DNA of 64,000 bases. Origin: Desulfomicrobium sp. (GTDB lineage Bacteria; Desulfobacterota; Desulfovibrionia; Desulfovibrionales; Desulfomicrobiaceae). Numbering within the stretch: position 1 is the stretch's first letter; each line of letters begins with the position of its first letter. Shown here in pieces: positions 16,823 to 25,174 of the stretch. The translations under genes were made by a program, and so were the position numbers. Where the stretch lies: NCBI GenBank assembly GCA_040768745.1, contig JAXGMI010000001.1, forward strand, positions 1,408,001 through 1,472,000, given 5' to 3'. The notes below the pieces were generated by a model. The model worked only from the letters and a program-made list of their open reading frames with translations. It searched no databases and was not told the origin of the DNA.

Positions 16823-17284
16823 TTCAATATCGCCTCCCGCGATTCGACATAGCCCGCTGAAGTATTCGTTGCCTGTGACAATCAGACATCCGGCGTCAAA
16901 TTGACACGTGACAATTTGAACCAGCTCGCGCACGCGCGGGACTGACAGTGACGGAAATGGGGCAACGGTTGCACGATTAACCAGCTCGCGCACGCGCGGG
17001 ACTGAATATCACTTCGTAAGTCAACTTACGAAGTCCGAGGACCAGCTCGCGCACGCGCGGGACTGAACATCCGGCGTCAAATTGACACGTGACAATTTGA
17101 TAGACAAGGCCCGACACCTTTCAGAAATCCACAAAGCCCCTTCACCCCTATGGCCCGTCCTTGTATCCGCACTGCTTGCTAAAGAATGGTCCGTCAAAGA
17201 CACAAAGCAGGTTGAGGATGAGGGCGGCGAGGGCGGAGAAGGGACCGAGGGATAGTTCAATCGCGCCTCCCGCGATTCGACATA
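16783..17284 (+). repeat. Imperfect ~70-bp direct repeats (16783-16851 and 17210-17284) bracketing the array cassette
   Basis: GGTTGAGGATGAGGGCGG...CGAGGGATAGTTCAAT..CGCCTCCCGCGATTCGACATA present twice. Confidence 0.9.
16920..17066. CRISPR. CRISPR-like mini-array (3 x 26-bp repeats; 34- and 35-bp spacers), no cas genes in window
   Basis: ACCAGCTCGCGCACGCGCGGGACTGA at 16920, 16980 and 17041; hairpin-forming. The repeat structure is certain; CRISPR function is not. Confidence 0.5.
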
Positions 17285-17353
17285 AAGCCCGGTCAGTGGG
17301 ATGCTGGCCGGGCATCTACTCAAGGCCGCATCGCAAATTGCGTGCATCATATA

Positions 17354-17387
17354 GGTCATCCGGCCGAGTGCTGGGTGGCCTTTTTTT
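17354..17387 (+). terminator. Rho-independent terminator at the right end of the element
   Basis: GGTCATCCGGC-CGAGT-GCTGGGTGGCC-TTTTTTT. Confidence 0.8.
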
Positions 17388-17539
17388 GTGATGACAATCC
17401 CCGGATAATCGAAGAAAAGTGTCCCATATCCTCGACGGTGAAAAGCCCGCTAATGGACTCCCGATGCGTCATTTGTTGGGTTAAAAGTTGGGTAGAGCTT
17501 TCGTGTTATATATATTTCAAGGCATTAGAGGTGTGAAGA

Positions 17540-17560
17540 GTGAGTATACTGATCAAAAAA
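17540..17560 (+). repeat. attR core (first 7 codons of the amidohydrolase gene)
   Basis: Identical to 8061-8081. Confidence 0.93.
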
Positions 17561-18820
17561 GTGCGTCTCAAAGGCGACATGGTGGACGTGCTCATCAAGG
17601 GCAACCGCTTCGATTCCATCGGCACGGATATAGATGCCGCGGCCGAGACCGTCATTGACGGCACGGGCAAGGCCATCCTGCCGTCCTTCCACAACGCCCA
17701 CACCCATGCGGCCATGACACTCATGCGCGGCTATGCCGATGACATGGAGCTGCACACCTGGTTGTCAGAACACATCTGGCCGTTCGAGGCCAGACTGACC
17801 GAGGACGATGTCTACTGTGGGGCAAAGCTGGCCTGCCTGGAAATGATCAAGTCCGGGACCACGTTTTTCGCCGACATGTACTGGCACTGGAAGGGAACGG
17901 CCAGGGCCGTGGAAGAAATGGGCCTGCGCGCAGCCCTGTCGGCCGCCTTTTTCGACTTTGACGATCCTGCCCGGGCCCGGGCCATGAAGCAGCAGGTCAT
18001 GGATCTGCATGCACTCAGCGCCAGCTCTTCGGACCGCATCCAGTTCATTCTCGGACCGCATGCCATCTACACCGTCTCTGAGGACTCCCTGCGCTGGCTG
18101 AGAGAGTACGCGCATCGTCACGGTCTCCTGGTCCACCTCCATCTTTCGGAAACGAAGAAGGAAGTGGATGACTGCATAGCCAGACACGGCCGACGGCCAG
18201 TGGAATATCTGAACGATCTCGGCTTGCTGGCACCGAACCTGATTCTCGTTCACGCGGTGTGGATGACCGGGGGGGATGTGGCGCTGCTCGCCAGGCATGG
18301 GGTACAGGTGGTACACTGTCCCGTCTCGAACATGAAGCTGTGTTCCGGGCAGTTCGAATATGGAGCCATGCGGCGGCAGGGGGTGGCCGTCGCCTTGGGT
18401 ACGGACGGATGCTCTTCCAACAACAATCTGGATATGATCGAGGAGATGAAGATCGCCTCCCTGCTGGCCAAGGTTACGGCCATGGACCCCACACTCTGTC
18501 CCGCGGAAGAGAGCCTGGATCTGGCCTCGGTCAACGGCGCCCGTATGTACGGCCTGGAGGGGGGGCGCATCGCTTCCGGGCTGCTCGCGGACTGCATTCT
18601 GGTGGACCTGGATCATGTGCGCATGGTGCCGGGGCACAATGTGGTTTCCAACATGGTCTACAGCGCGAACAGTTCCTGTGTGGACACGACCATCTGCAAC
18701 GGTCGGGTGCTTATGCGCGGGCGCAAGGTCGAGGGTGAAGAGGAGATATTGGAACAGGTGCGGGCCTGCGTGGCCAGGCTGACCGGGGCCACTTCAAGGG
18801 GAGACAAGGCGTGCTCCTGA
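17540..18820 (+). CDS. mtaD: Amidohydrolase, MTA/SAH deaminase-like
   Basis: HNAHTHAAMTLMRGYADD, HLHLSET, HCPVSNMKL, LGTDGCSSNNNLDM. Confidence 0.85.
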   Translation: MSILIKKVRLKGDMVDVLIKGNRFDSIGTDIDAAAETVIDGTGKAILPSFHNAHTHAAMTLMRGYADDMELHTWLSEHIWPFEARLTEDDVYCGAKLACLEMIKSGTTFFADMYWHWKGTARAVEEMGLRAALSAAFFDFDDPARARAMKQQVMDLHALSASSSDRIQFILGPHAIYTVSEDSLRWLREYAHRHGLLVHLHLSETKKEVDDCIARHGRRPVEYLNDLGLLAPNLILVHAVWMTGGDVALLARHGVQVVHCPVSNMKLCSGQFEYGAMRRQGVAVALGTDGCSSNNNLDMIEEMKIASLLAKVTAMDPTLCPAEESLDLASVNGARMYGLEGGRIASGLLADCILVDLDHVRMVPGHNVVSNMVYSANSSCVDTTICNGRVLMRGRKVEGEEEILEQVRACVARLTGATSRGDKACS

Positions 18821-19317
18821 TTTACACCGGTAACGGTAAGGGCAAGACCTCCGCCTGCGTGGGTCAGGTGGTCCGAGCCTTTGGCCAGGGGCTGCGGGTG
18901 GCCTTCGGCCAGTTCATGAAAAAGGACGGTCAGGCCGGGGAGCAAAAAGTGCTGTCCGAGCTGCTGGGTGCACGGTTTCTGGCCTCGGGCGCCGGGTTTT
19001 TCCGCAATGTTGCGGACTACCCCCGACATCGGGAAAAGGCGGAGGCATTGCTCGGCTGGGCCAAAAAAAAATTGGATGAAGGCGTGGACCTCCTTGTCCT
19101 GGACGAGATCCTGTATGCCCTCGGCCATGATCTGGTGCGTCGGGAGGAGGTGGAGAACCTTGTCGGCCGCTGCGCTGCCCAGGACTGCCATTTGGTCTTG
19201 TCCGGGCGAGGGGCACCGGATTGGCTGGTTGAAATGGCGGACATCGTCTCGGACATTCGCGAGGTCAAGCATATCCATGCTCAGGGTGGTCCAGCCCGGC
19301 CTGGTATCGAGTTTTGA
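18811..19317 (+). CDS. cobO: Cob(I)yrinic acid a,c-diamide adenosyltransferase
   Basis: IYTGNGKGKTSA, LVLDEI, LVLSGRGAP, GIEF C-terminus. Confidence 0.9.
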   Translation: MLLIYTGNGKGKTSACVGQVVRAFGQGLRVAFGQFMKKDGQAGEQKVLSELLGARFLASGAGFFRNVADYPRHREKAEALLGWAKKKLDEGVDLLVLDEILYALGHDLVRREEVENLVGRCAAQDCHLVLSGRGAPDWLVEMADIVSDIREVKHIHAQGGPARPGIEF

Positions 19318-19327
19318 ACGGAAGGGG

Positions 19328-20359
19328 CTACTCCCCAGGCAGCAGATTCATTTCCCTGACCACTTGGATTCCGCACTTTGGGCATCGCCCCTGGCGCAAC
19401 AGGTTTCTGTGCACCGTGAACCCAGACCGTTGCACCACCGTCTGCCCGCACCCTGGACAGACAGTGTTTTCCAGGCCTGAGCCGGGCACGTTGCCCACAT
19501 AGACATGATGCAGCCCTTGAGTCCGGCCGATGTCATAGGCCTTGGTCAGAGTGGTCAGGGGGGTGGACGGGCGGTCCTGCATGAGGTGGCAGGGGTGGAA
19601 GCGGGAGACGTGCCAGGCGATGTCCTTTCCGAGTTCCATGCACAGGAAGCGTGCGATATCCGTCAGCTCCTGGTCCGAATCGTTCAGGCCAGGAATGATG
19701 AGCGTGGTCACCTCGAGGTGCCATCCCAGTTTTTTCATGTGCACCAGATTTTGGAGCACGGGTTTGAGGCGGGCAGCACAGATGTGCCGGTAGAAGTCCT
19801 CCCGGAAGGACTTGAGGTCGATATTGGCAGCATGGATCAGCTGACCCAGGTCATCCAGGCATTCAGGACTCTGGAATCCGTTGCTGACCATGATGTTCCT
19901 GAGTCCAACCTCCTGGGCCAATCGGGCCGTTTCGACCATAAGTTCGAAAAAGACCGTCGGCTCGGAATAGGTATAGGCCACGGAGGCCGCATGAGAGGTT
20001 TGGGCCATGCGCACCAGATCCGCCGGCGGGATGCGCTGCCCCCGCACAGGGCCACCTTCCCGGGGCGGCTGGGACAGATCCCAATTTTGACAAAAGGCGC
20101 AGCCCAGATTGCAGCCGGGCGTTCCCAGGGACAAGGTCAAGGTGCCGGGCAGGAAATGGAAGAGAGGCTTCTTTTCTATGGGATCGAGGTGCAGGGCGGC
20201 AACGGCGTCGTGAGAAAGGGAGACGAGGCTGCCAGTCCGGTTTTCCCTCACTCCGCACCGACCGCGCTCATCCTTTGGAATGCGGCAGAAATGGGCACAC
20301 AGCCGGCACTGGACCGTGTTGTCATCCAGGGGACGCCACAACAGGGCGGGGGTGGCCAT
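19328..20359 (-). CDS. amrS: AmmeMemoRadiSam system radical SAM enzyme
   Basis: CRLCAHFC, DPIEKKPLFHFLPG, GCNLGCAFCQNWDLSQ. Confidence 0.9.
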   Translation of the reverse strand: MATPALLWRPLDDNTVQCRLCAHFCRIPKDERGRCGVRENRTGSLVSLSHDAVAALHLDPIEKKPLFHFLPGTLTLSLGTPGCNLGCAFCQNWDLSQPPREGGPVRGQRIPPADLVRMAQTSHAASVAYTYSEPTVFFELMVETARLAQEVGLRNIMVSNGFQSPECLDDLGQLIHAANIDLKSFREDFYRHICAARLKPVLQNLVHMKKLGWHLEVTTLIIPGLNDSDQELTDIARFLCMELGKDIAWHVSRFHPCHLMQDRPSTPLTTLTKAYDIGRTQGLHHVYVGNVPGSGLENTVCPGCGQTVVQRSGFTVHRNLLRQGRCPKCGIQVVREMNLLPGE

Positions 20360-20683
20360 CTATTTCTCCTTGATCCTGACTTCCGGGACCACGATGATGG
20401 GTTCGGGATACTGCTCCGTTCGGATCTGGCTGGGTTTGACCTGCATCAGCGACCCGTTGCCCGGGTCGGACTGGATCCGCATTTCTCCATGCTCAGAGTC
20501 ATCCGGGTCCTTCGTAGAAGGTTCCACGGCCAGAATCGTATCTCTGCCTGCGCCGGATTGGATACGGATATCCTGCCCGGCGTGGAGCGGTGCGGACAGC
20601 AGGAGTGCACAGGCCAGAACCCCTCCAGCCCTTGCCAAAGCCCAGTTTTTTCCTTTACTTGAAAAAGCCGTGGGTTTAATCAC
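20360..20683 (-). CDS. Hypothetical exported protein (start uncertain)
   Basis: Signal-like VLACALLLSAPLHA; C-terminal PIIVVPEVRI; abuts amrS. Confidence 0.55.
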   Translation of the reverse strand: MIKPTAFSSKGKNWALARAGGVLACALLLSAPLHAGQDIRIQSGAGRDTILAVEPSTKDPDDSEHGEMRIQSDPGNGSLMQVKPSQIRTEQYPEPIIVVPEVRIKEK

Positions 20684-20750
20684 GATGGCCCCCTGAAGCT
20701 GATGTTTTCTTTCAGTAGCGGTTTGGCGGGCGAGAAACAAGGAGTCGCAC

Positions 20751-21812
20751 ATGTCTCAGCGGGACAAGGCCTACAAGGACGCCGGGGTGGATATTCAAGC
20801 GGGCAATACGTTCGTTTCCCGGATCAAGTCATTGGTGGCTTCCACCTATACCAAGGGGGTGGTCAACGAAATCGGTGGATTCGGAGGATTGTTCAAGCCC
20901 TCCATGACCATGGTCAACGATCCTGTTCTGGTGGCCTCCACCGACGGCGTGGGCACCAAGCTGAAACTGGCCTTCCTTTTTGACAGGCACGACACCGTAG
21001 GCATCGATCTGGTGGCCATGAGCGTCAACGACATCATTGTGCAGGGAGCCAAGCCTTTGTTTTTCCTTGATTATTTCGCTACAGGGAAGCTCGACATCGA
21101 CAAGGCTGTGGCGGTTGTCAAGGGCATTGTCGAGGGGTGCAGAGAGGCCCAGTGTGCCCTCATTGGCGGGGAAACGGCCGAGATGCCCGATTTCTACGCT
21201 GACGGCGAATACGATCTGTCCGGTTTTTGTGTCGGTATCGTCGACAACGACAAGGTCGTGGACGGCTCAAGCATCGGCGTGGGTGACGCCGTCATCGGCC
21301 TGGCATCGTCAGGCGTGCACTCCAACGGGTATTCCCTTGTTCGCAAGCTCTATGCCCAGTCGGGTCTGAGCCCTGCGGACGTTTTCCCTGGCACCGGCAA
21401 GACCGTGGCCGAAATTCTCCTCGCGCCGACCCGCATCTACGTAGAGGCAGTGCGCAACATCATGCGGGATTGGGAGATCCATGGCATGGTCCATATCACG
21501 GGTGGAGGATTCTACGATAACATCGTGCGAGTCCTGCCCAAAACCGTGACCGCACGCCTGCGGTTCGGTGCCTGGTCCATTCCTCCGGTATTTGACTGGG
21601 TCCGTGCCCAGGGCGATCTGTCCTGGGAGGAGATGCTGCAGATTTTCAACTGCGGCGTGGGCTATATCATGGTCGTCAAGAAGGATGTGGCCAAGGATGT
21701 GGTCCATCGGCTTGGGGCTTTGAAGCAGGACGCCTGGATCATCGGGGAGATCGCCGAGAGGGTCGACGACGAGGAGCAGGTCCGCATCGTCTTTCCATCT
21801 CCGGACGAATAA
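20751..21812 (+). CDS. purM: Phosphoribosylformylglycinamidine cyclo-ligase
   Basis: YKDAGVDI, GGFGGLF, STDGVGTKL, GGETAEMP. Confidence 0.97.
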   Translation: MSQRDKAYKDAGVDIQAGNTFVSRIKSLVASTYTKGVVNEIGGFGGLFKPSMTMVNDPVLVASTDGVGTKLKLAFLFDRHDTVGIDLVAMSVNDIIVQGAKPLFFLDYFATGKLDIDKAVAVVKGIVEGCREAQCALIGGETAEMPDFYADGEYDLSGFCVGIVDNDKVVDGSSIGVGDAVIGLASSGVHSNGYSLVRKLYAQSGLSPADVFPGTGKTVAEILLAPTRIYVEAVRNIMRDWEIHGMVHITGGGFYDNIVRVLPKTVTARLRFGAWSIPPVFDWVRAQGDLSWEEMLQIFNCGVGYIMVVKKDVAKDVVHRLGALKQDAWIIGEIAERVDDEEQVRIVFPSPDE

Positions 21813-21894
21813 GATGAAGGCGGCTGTGGCCGCCATTGGAGTCTTCGGACCTTTTCCGGATTTTTCAGGCCGCCTCGCTTCGGAGCGGCCTTCG

Positions 21895-22737
21895 TCATTT
21901 CTGCAGTCCGATGAGGGTGCAGGCCACGAGGATCAGCAGCATGCCCAAACCTGTGACGGGAGCGATGCTCTCGCCGAAGACCGTCATGCCGATCAGAATA
22001 TTGGTTACAGGGGTGACCAACACGATGATGGAGCCCTGGGACACTGGCAGGGCCTTGTAGGAGTAGGTCATCAGGAGCTGTCCGATGGCCGCGGTGATGC
22101 CGATGGCGAGGAGGATGAAGCCGCCGTCGATGCCGATGGCCACCGGGGTCAGGTTGGCCGGGATGATCGTCAACCAGAAGCCGATCACGCACTGGGAAAA
22201 AAAGATGGAGTAGGAGGACTCGGTGGCCCGCAGCTTGCGCACAATGACCACGGCCAGTCCCGAGAGCATGGAGCCGGCCAGGGCGATGCACTCGTTCAGT
22301 CCGAGGCCTCCCAGGGCATCGCCACGACCCACGGAGGTCAGGACAAAGCCGCAGAAGGCCAGGGCAATGAGGACCCAGGCCCTGAAAGACACCCGCTCGC
22401 CAAGCAGGACGGCCCCCCACACGGCGGCGAAGACGGGGTAGGAGTAACTCAGAAGCGTGCCCTTGCCCAGGCCGATGGCGTTGATGGACCAGAAGAAGAT
22501 GAACACGGCCAGGCCGCCGATGAAGCCGCGGCTGAAAAGCAGGGAGGAGCTGGCGAACTCCAAACGGATGCGGCGGCACATGGCGGCCGTGCCCAGCAGC
22601 GCCATGCCGATGGCGAAGCGGAAGAGGGTCGTCTTGAAAGGGTCGATGGTCGGCGCCAGGCGGATAAGGGTGGATGTGGCTGAGAAGCACAGGGCCGCTC
22701 CCAGCATGCTGCACATACCCAGGGCGTGGGTGTTCAT
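21895..22737 (-). CDS. DMT/EamA family transporter
   Basis: About ten hydrophobic segments; LLGERV and FGE repeats. Confidence 0.85.
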   Translation of the reverse strand: MNTHALGMCSMLGAALCFSATSTLIRLAPTIDPFKTTLFRFAIGMALLGTAAMCRRIRLEFASSSLLFSRGFIGGLAVFIFFWSINAIGLGKGTLLSYSYPVFAAVWGAVLLGERVSFRAWVLIALAFCGFVLTSVGRGDALGGLGLNECIALAGSMLSGLAVVIVRKLRATESSYSIFFSQCVIGFWLTIIPANLTPVAIGIDGGFILLAIGITAAIGQLLMTYSYKALPVSQGSIIVLVTPVTNILIGMTVFGESIAPVTGLGMLLILVACTLIGLQK

Positions 22738-22740
22738 GGG

Positions 22741-24021
22741 TTATGTCCAGAGTACGGGCACGCCGTCCCGCAGGAAAGGGTTGAAATATCCGTACTTGAT
22801 CCAGGGGCAGGTCTTGCGGAGGCGCTTCATGAAATTCGCAAGCCCCATGGAGGGCTCGGCCGGATCCCCCACGCAGCCGATATAGAGTTCAGGGTCGAGA
22901 CTCAGGTTGCGCATCTGAATGAAATCCGGCCTGGTGGTGGTGACCAGGTCCGTAAGTGCCAGAAGTTCGCTTTCCGTGTCGTTCGCCCCAGGGAAGAAAA
23001 GATAGTTCAAGGACACAAAGAGCCCGTTCGCCTTGGCCGTGGTAATGGTGCGGAGTACATCGGCAAAGCGGTAGCCGCGGGGGCGATAGTAGACATTGTA
23101 GATTGATTCGCGGGCGCTGTTCAAGCTGACCCGGATGGAATCGAGGCCGGCCTGAGCCAGGCTGGGGATGGTATCAGGAAGGCTCGCGTTGGTGTTGATG
23201 TTCACCGTCCCTTGCCCCCCGGCATTGCGGAAAAGGGCGATTGCCTCGGCGATGAGAGACGCCTCGGAGAGCGGTTCGCCCTCGCAGCCCTGGCCGAAGG
23301 ACAGGATGGGATTTTTGGTCCTCCGCGCATGCAGGCTCATGACCTCGGTGATCTCCTGTGGCGTTGGCGTGAAATCGATGCGATTCTGGGAGGCAGGAAA
23401 TCCAGAGTCCTCGGGTTGGAAGGAGATGCAGCCGAAACAGCGGGCGTTGCAGATTCTGGCTGTGGGCAGTGGAGCCTCGTAGCGGCCCAGGGCCAGATTC
23501 TTGGCCGCCGGACAGCAAAATGTCAGTGCGCAACGGGCCAGGTGCTGGAGCAGACGGTTTGCGGGATAGCGCTTCAGCAGATCCTGGGCGCCTCTGGCGA
23601 TGCGTTCCTGGGATATGCCGGTAAAGACCTGCCGCCGATCCTTGTCCACCTGTGTGGCTGTCACCCAGAAGCGATCATTGGCGAACCCCACAGCGCCGTA
23701 CGCGAAAAGCGGGAGCCTGGTTGCGCTGTCTTCCTGAAGATACGCCGCTGTGGCCGAGAGGGTGTAGGTCGGGCAGACAAATGCGGCCACAGCCCGTTCG
23801 TCCAGGGCTTCGGCCCTGCCCGTTACCGGATCGAGGCCCAAAGCATGGCGGCCAGGCAGGAGGTAGAGATCGCTGCCTTCGGGCAGGGGGATGAGCTCAT
23901 CCGGCCGGGGGAGGGTCAGTTCCCGGCCACGGCGGACCAGCATCAGAAATTCCGGATGGTCGTAGATGTTGCCGTGGTCATCGGCGAACACCATGACGGG
24001 CTGGATTTTTTTAGCGGCCAT
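22741..24021 (-). CDS. Radical SAM protein
   Basis: CNARCFGC (CxxxCxxC), SFGQGCEGEP. Confidence 0.88.
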   Translation of the reverse strand: MAAKKIQPVMVFADDHGNIYDHPEFLMLVRRGRELTLPRPDELIPLPEGSDLYLLPGRHALGLDPVTGRAEALDERAVAAFVCPTYTLSATAAYLQEDSATRLPLFAYGAVGFANDRFWVTATQVDKDRRQVFTGISQERIARGAQDLLKRYPANRLLQHLARCALTFCCPAAKNLALGRYEAPLPTARICNARCFGCISFQPEDSGFPASQNRIDFTPTPQEITEVMSLHARRTKNPILSFGQGCEGEPLSEASLIAEAIALFRNAGGQGTVNINTNASLPDTIPSLAQAGLDSIRVSLNSARESIYNVYYRPRGYRFADVLRTITTAKANGLFVSLNYLFFPGANDTESELLALTDLVTTTRPDFIQMRNLSLDPELYIGCVGDPAEPSMGLANFMKRLRKTCPWIKYGYFNPFLRDGVPVLWT

Positions 24022-24032
24022 TTTTTTCTCCG

Positions 24033-24072
24033 AAAAAAAGAAGGCAGGGAAGCAACCACTTCCCTGCCTTCT
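24033..24072 (-). terminator. Terminator after rplM-rpsI
   Basis: AGAAGGCAGGGAAG...CTTCCCTGCCTTCT with A-tract on +. Confidence 0.8.
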
Positions 24073-24092
24073 GTGCGAAAACCAGATCCGGA

Positions 24093-24485
24093 TTAACGCT
24101 TGGAGTACTGGAACCGGGCGCGGGCAGCGCGCTGGCCGTACTTTTTCCTTTCCTTGACGCGGGAATCGCGGGTCAGCAGACCAGCACGTTTCAACACGCC
24201 GCGGAGTTCGGGATCGAATTCCAGTAGAGCGCGGCTGATACCATGGCGCACTGCCTGGGCCTGACCGGAAAGGCCCCCGCCGGTAACCCGGCAGGCAATA
24301 TTGAATTTCTCGATGGTCTTGGTCAGTTTGAGGGGCTGACGGATGATCATCTGCAGCGTGGCCCGCGGGAAATAATCGCTCAATTCGCGGCCGTTCACGG
24401 TGATGCTGCCAGTGCCTTTATACAGTCTGGTCCGGGACACGGAAGTCTTTCTCTTGCCGGTACCGTAAAAGAAATCTTGGCTCAT
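24093..24485 (-). CDS. rpsI: 30S ribosomal protein S9
   Basis: GTGKRKTS...[16 protein letters not shown]. Confidence 0.98.
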   Translation of the reverse strand: MSQDFFYGTGKRKTSVSRTRLYKGTGSITVNGRELSDYFPRATLQMIIRQPLKLTKTIEKFNIACRVTGGGLSGQAQAVRHGISRALLEFDPELRGVLKRAGLLTRDSRVKERKKYGQRAARARFQYSKR

Positions 24486-24503
24486 AATCCTCTCCATCCC
24501 TGA

Positions 24504-24932
24504 TTAGATGTCCAGAACTTCAGGCTGCTGCGCCTGATGTGGGTGTTCCGCGCCGGGGTATACTTTCAGTTTTGTGATCAGCTGATAGCCGAGGGCGCTC
24601 TTGGGCAGCATACCCCGCACGGCCTTGGTGATGACATCCTGTGGCTTTTTCTTCATCATTTCGGCCAGGGTGGTCTCCCGCAGGCCGCCGACCTTTCCGG
24701 TATACCGGTAATACACCTTCTGAGTGCTCTTCTGGCCGGTGACTTTGATCTGGTCAGCATTGATGACGATGATGAAGTCACCATTGTCCATATGCGGTGC
24801 GAATTCGGCCTTGTGCTTTCCCCGGAGACGGGATGCGATTTCCGTGGCAAGCCGCCCCAGGACCTTGTCTTTGGCATCGACAAGATACCATTTGTGGGTC
24901 AGTTCGCTTGCTTTGGGGCTGTATGTCTTCAT
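24504..24932 (-). CDS. rplM: 50S ribosomal protein L13
   Basis: [29 protein letters not shown]. Confidence 0.98.
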   Translation of the reverse strand: MKTYSPKASELTHKWYLVDAKDKVLGRLATEIASRLRGKHKAEFAPHMDNGDFIIVINADQIKVTGQKSTQKVYYRYTGKVGGLRETTLAEMMKKKPQDVITKAVRGMLPKSALGYQLITKLKVYPGAEHPHQAQQPEVLDI

Positions 24933-25174
24933 TTCTGTGGCTCCTGCCTGATAAAACCCGTATCGTTGCGGGTGCTTCCAATCTTGAGATCAGTGATAAC
25001 ATACACAAATGCTTGTGCTTTATCACCGTAACCGCTACAACGTAACGAAACAATGCTTGTGGGATAAGGAACGAATCAGCTATCCGGCCTTGGCCTGCTT
25101 GTAAAGTGTTTTTCGCCATTGGTGAAGAAAAAAATTTTGGGTCGCCGCCAGATGGCGTCATCCGGAGGTTGTTT

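Larger units (their letters stand above)
8061..17560 (+). mobile_element. Integrated phage-satellite-like (PICI-like) element, 9.5 kb
   Basis: Perfect 21-bp terminal direct repeats; integrase, AlpA/Xis-like HTH, primase-DUF3987, RuvC-like, Zn-finger and DUF5681 genes, all on +; no capsid, portal or TerL recognised. Confidence 0.88.

Noticed and set aside
16896..16919. Chromosomal parS site
   Set aside because: Shares only the CACGTG centre with the TGTTTCACGTGAAACA consensus.
15893..16993. 366-aa minus-strand ORF crossing the array
   Set aside because: Antisense shadow of the 15878-16822 gene with no RBS or protein-like features.
17006..17040. loxP resemblance of spacer S2 (ACTTCGTA...TACGAAGT)
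   Set aside because: The matching arms are only 8 bp and are 8 bp apart rather than 12 as in loxP; no Cre-like gene. Kept only as a palindrome.
16783..17284. Diversity-generating retroelement TR/VR pair
   Set aside because: Differences include indels and are not adenine-specific; no reverse transcriptase in the window.
8061..17560. Complete prophage or conjugative element
   Set aside because: No capsid, portal, TerL, tail, lysis, relaxase or T4SS genes recognised between intact att sites.
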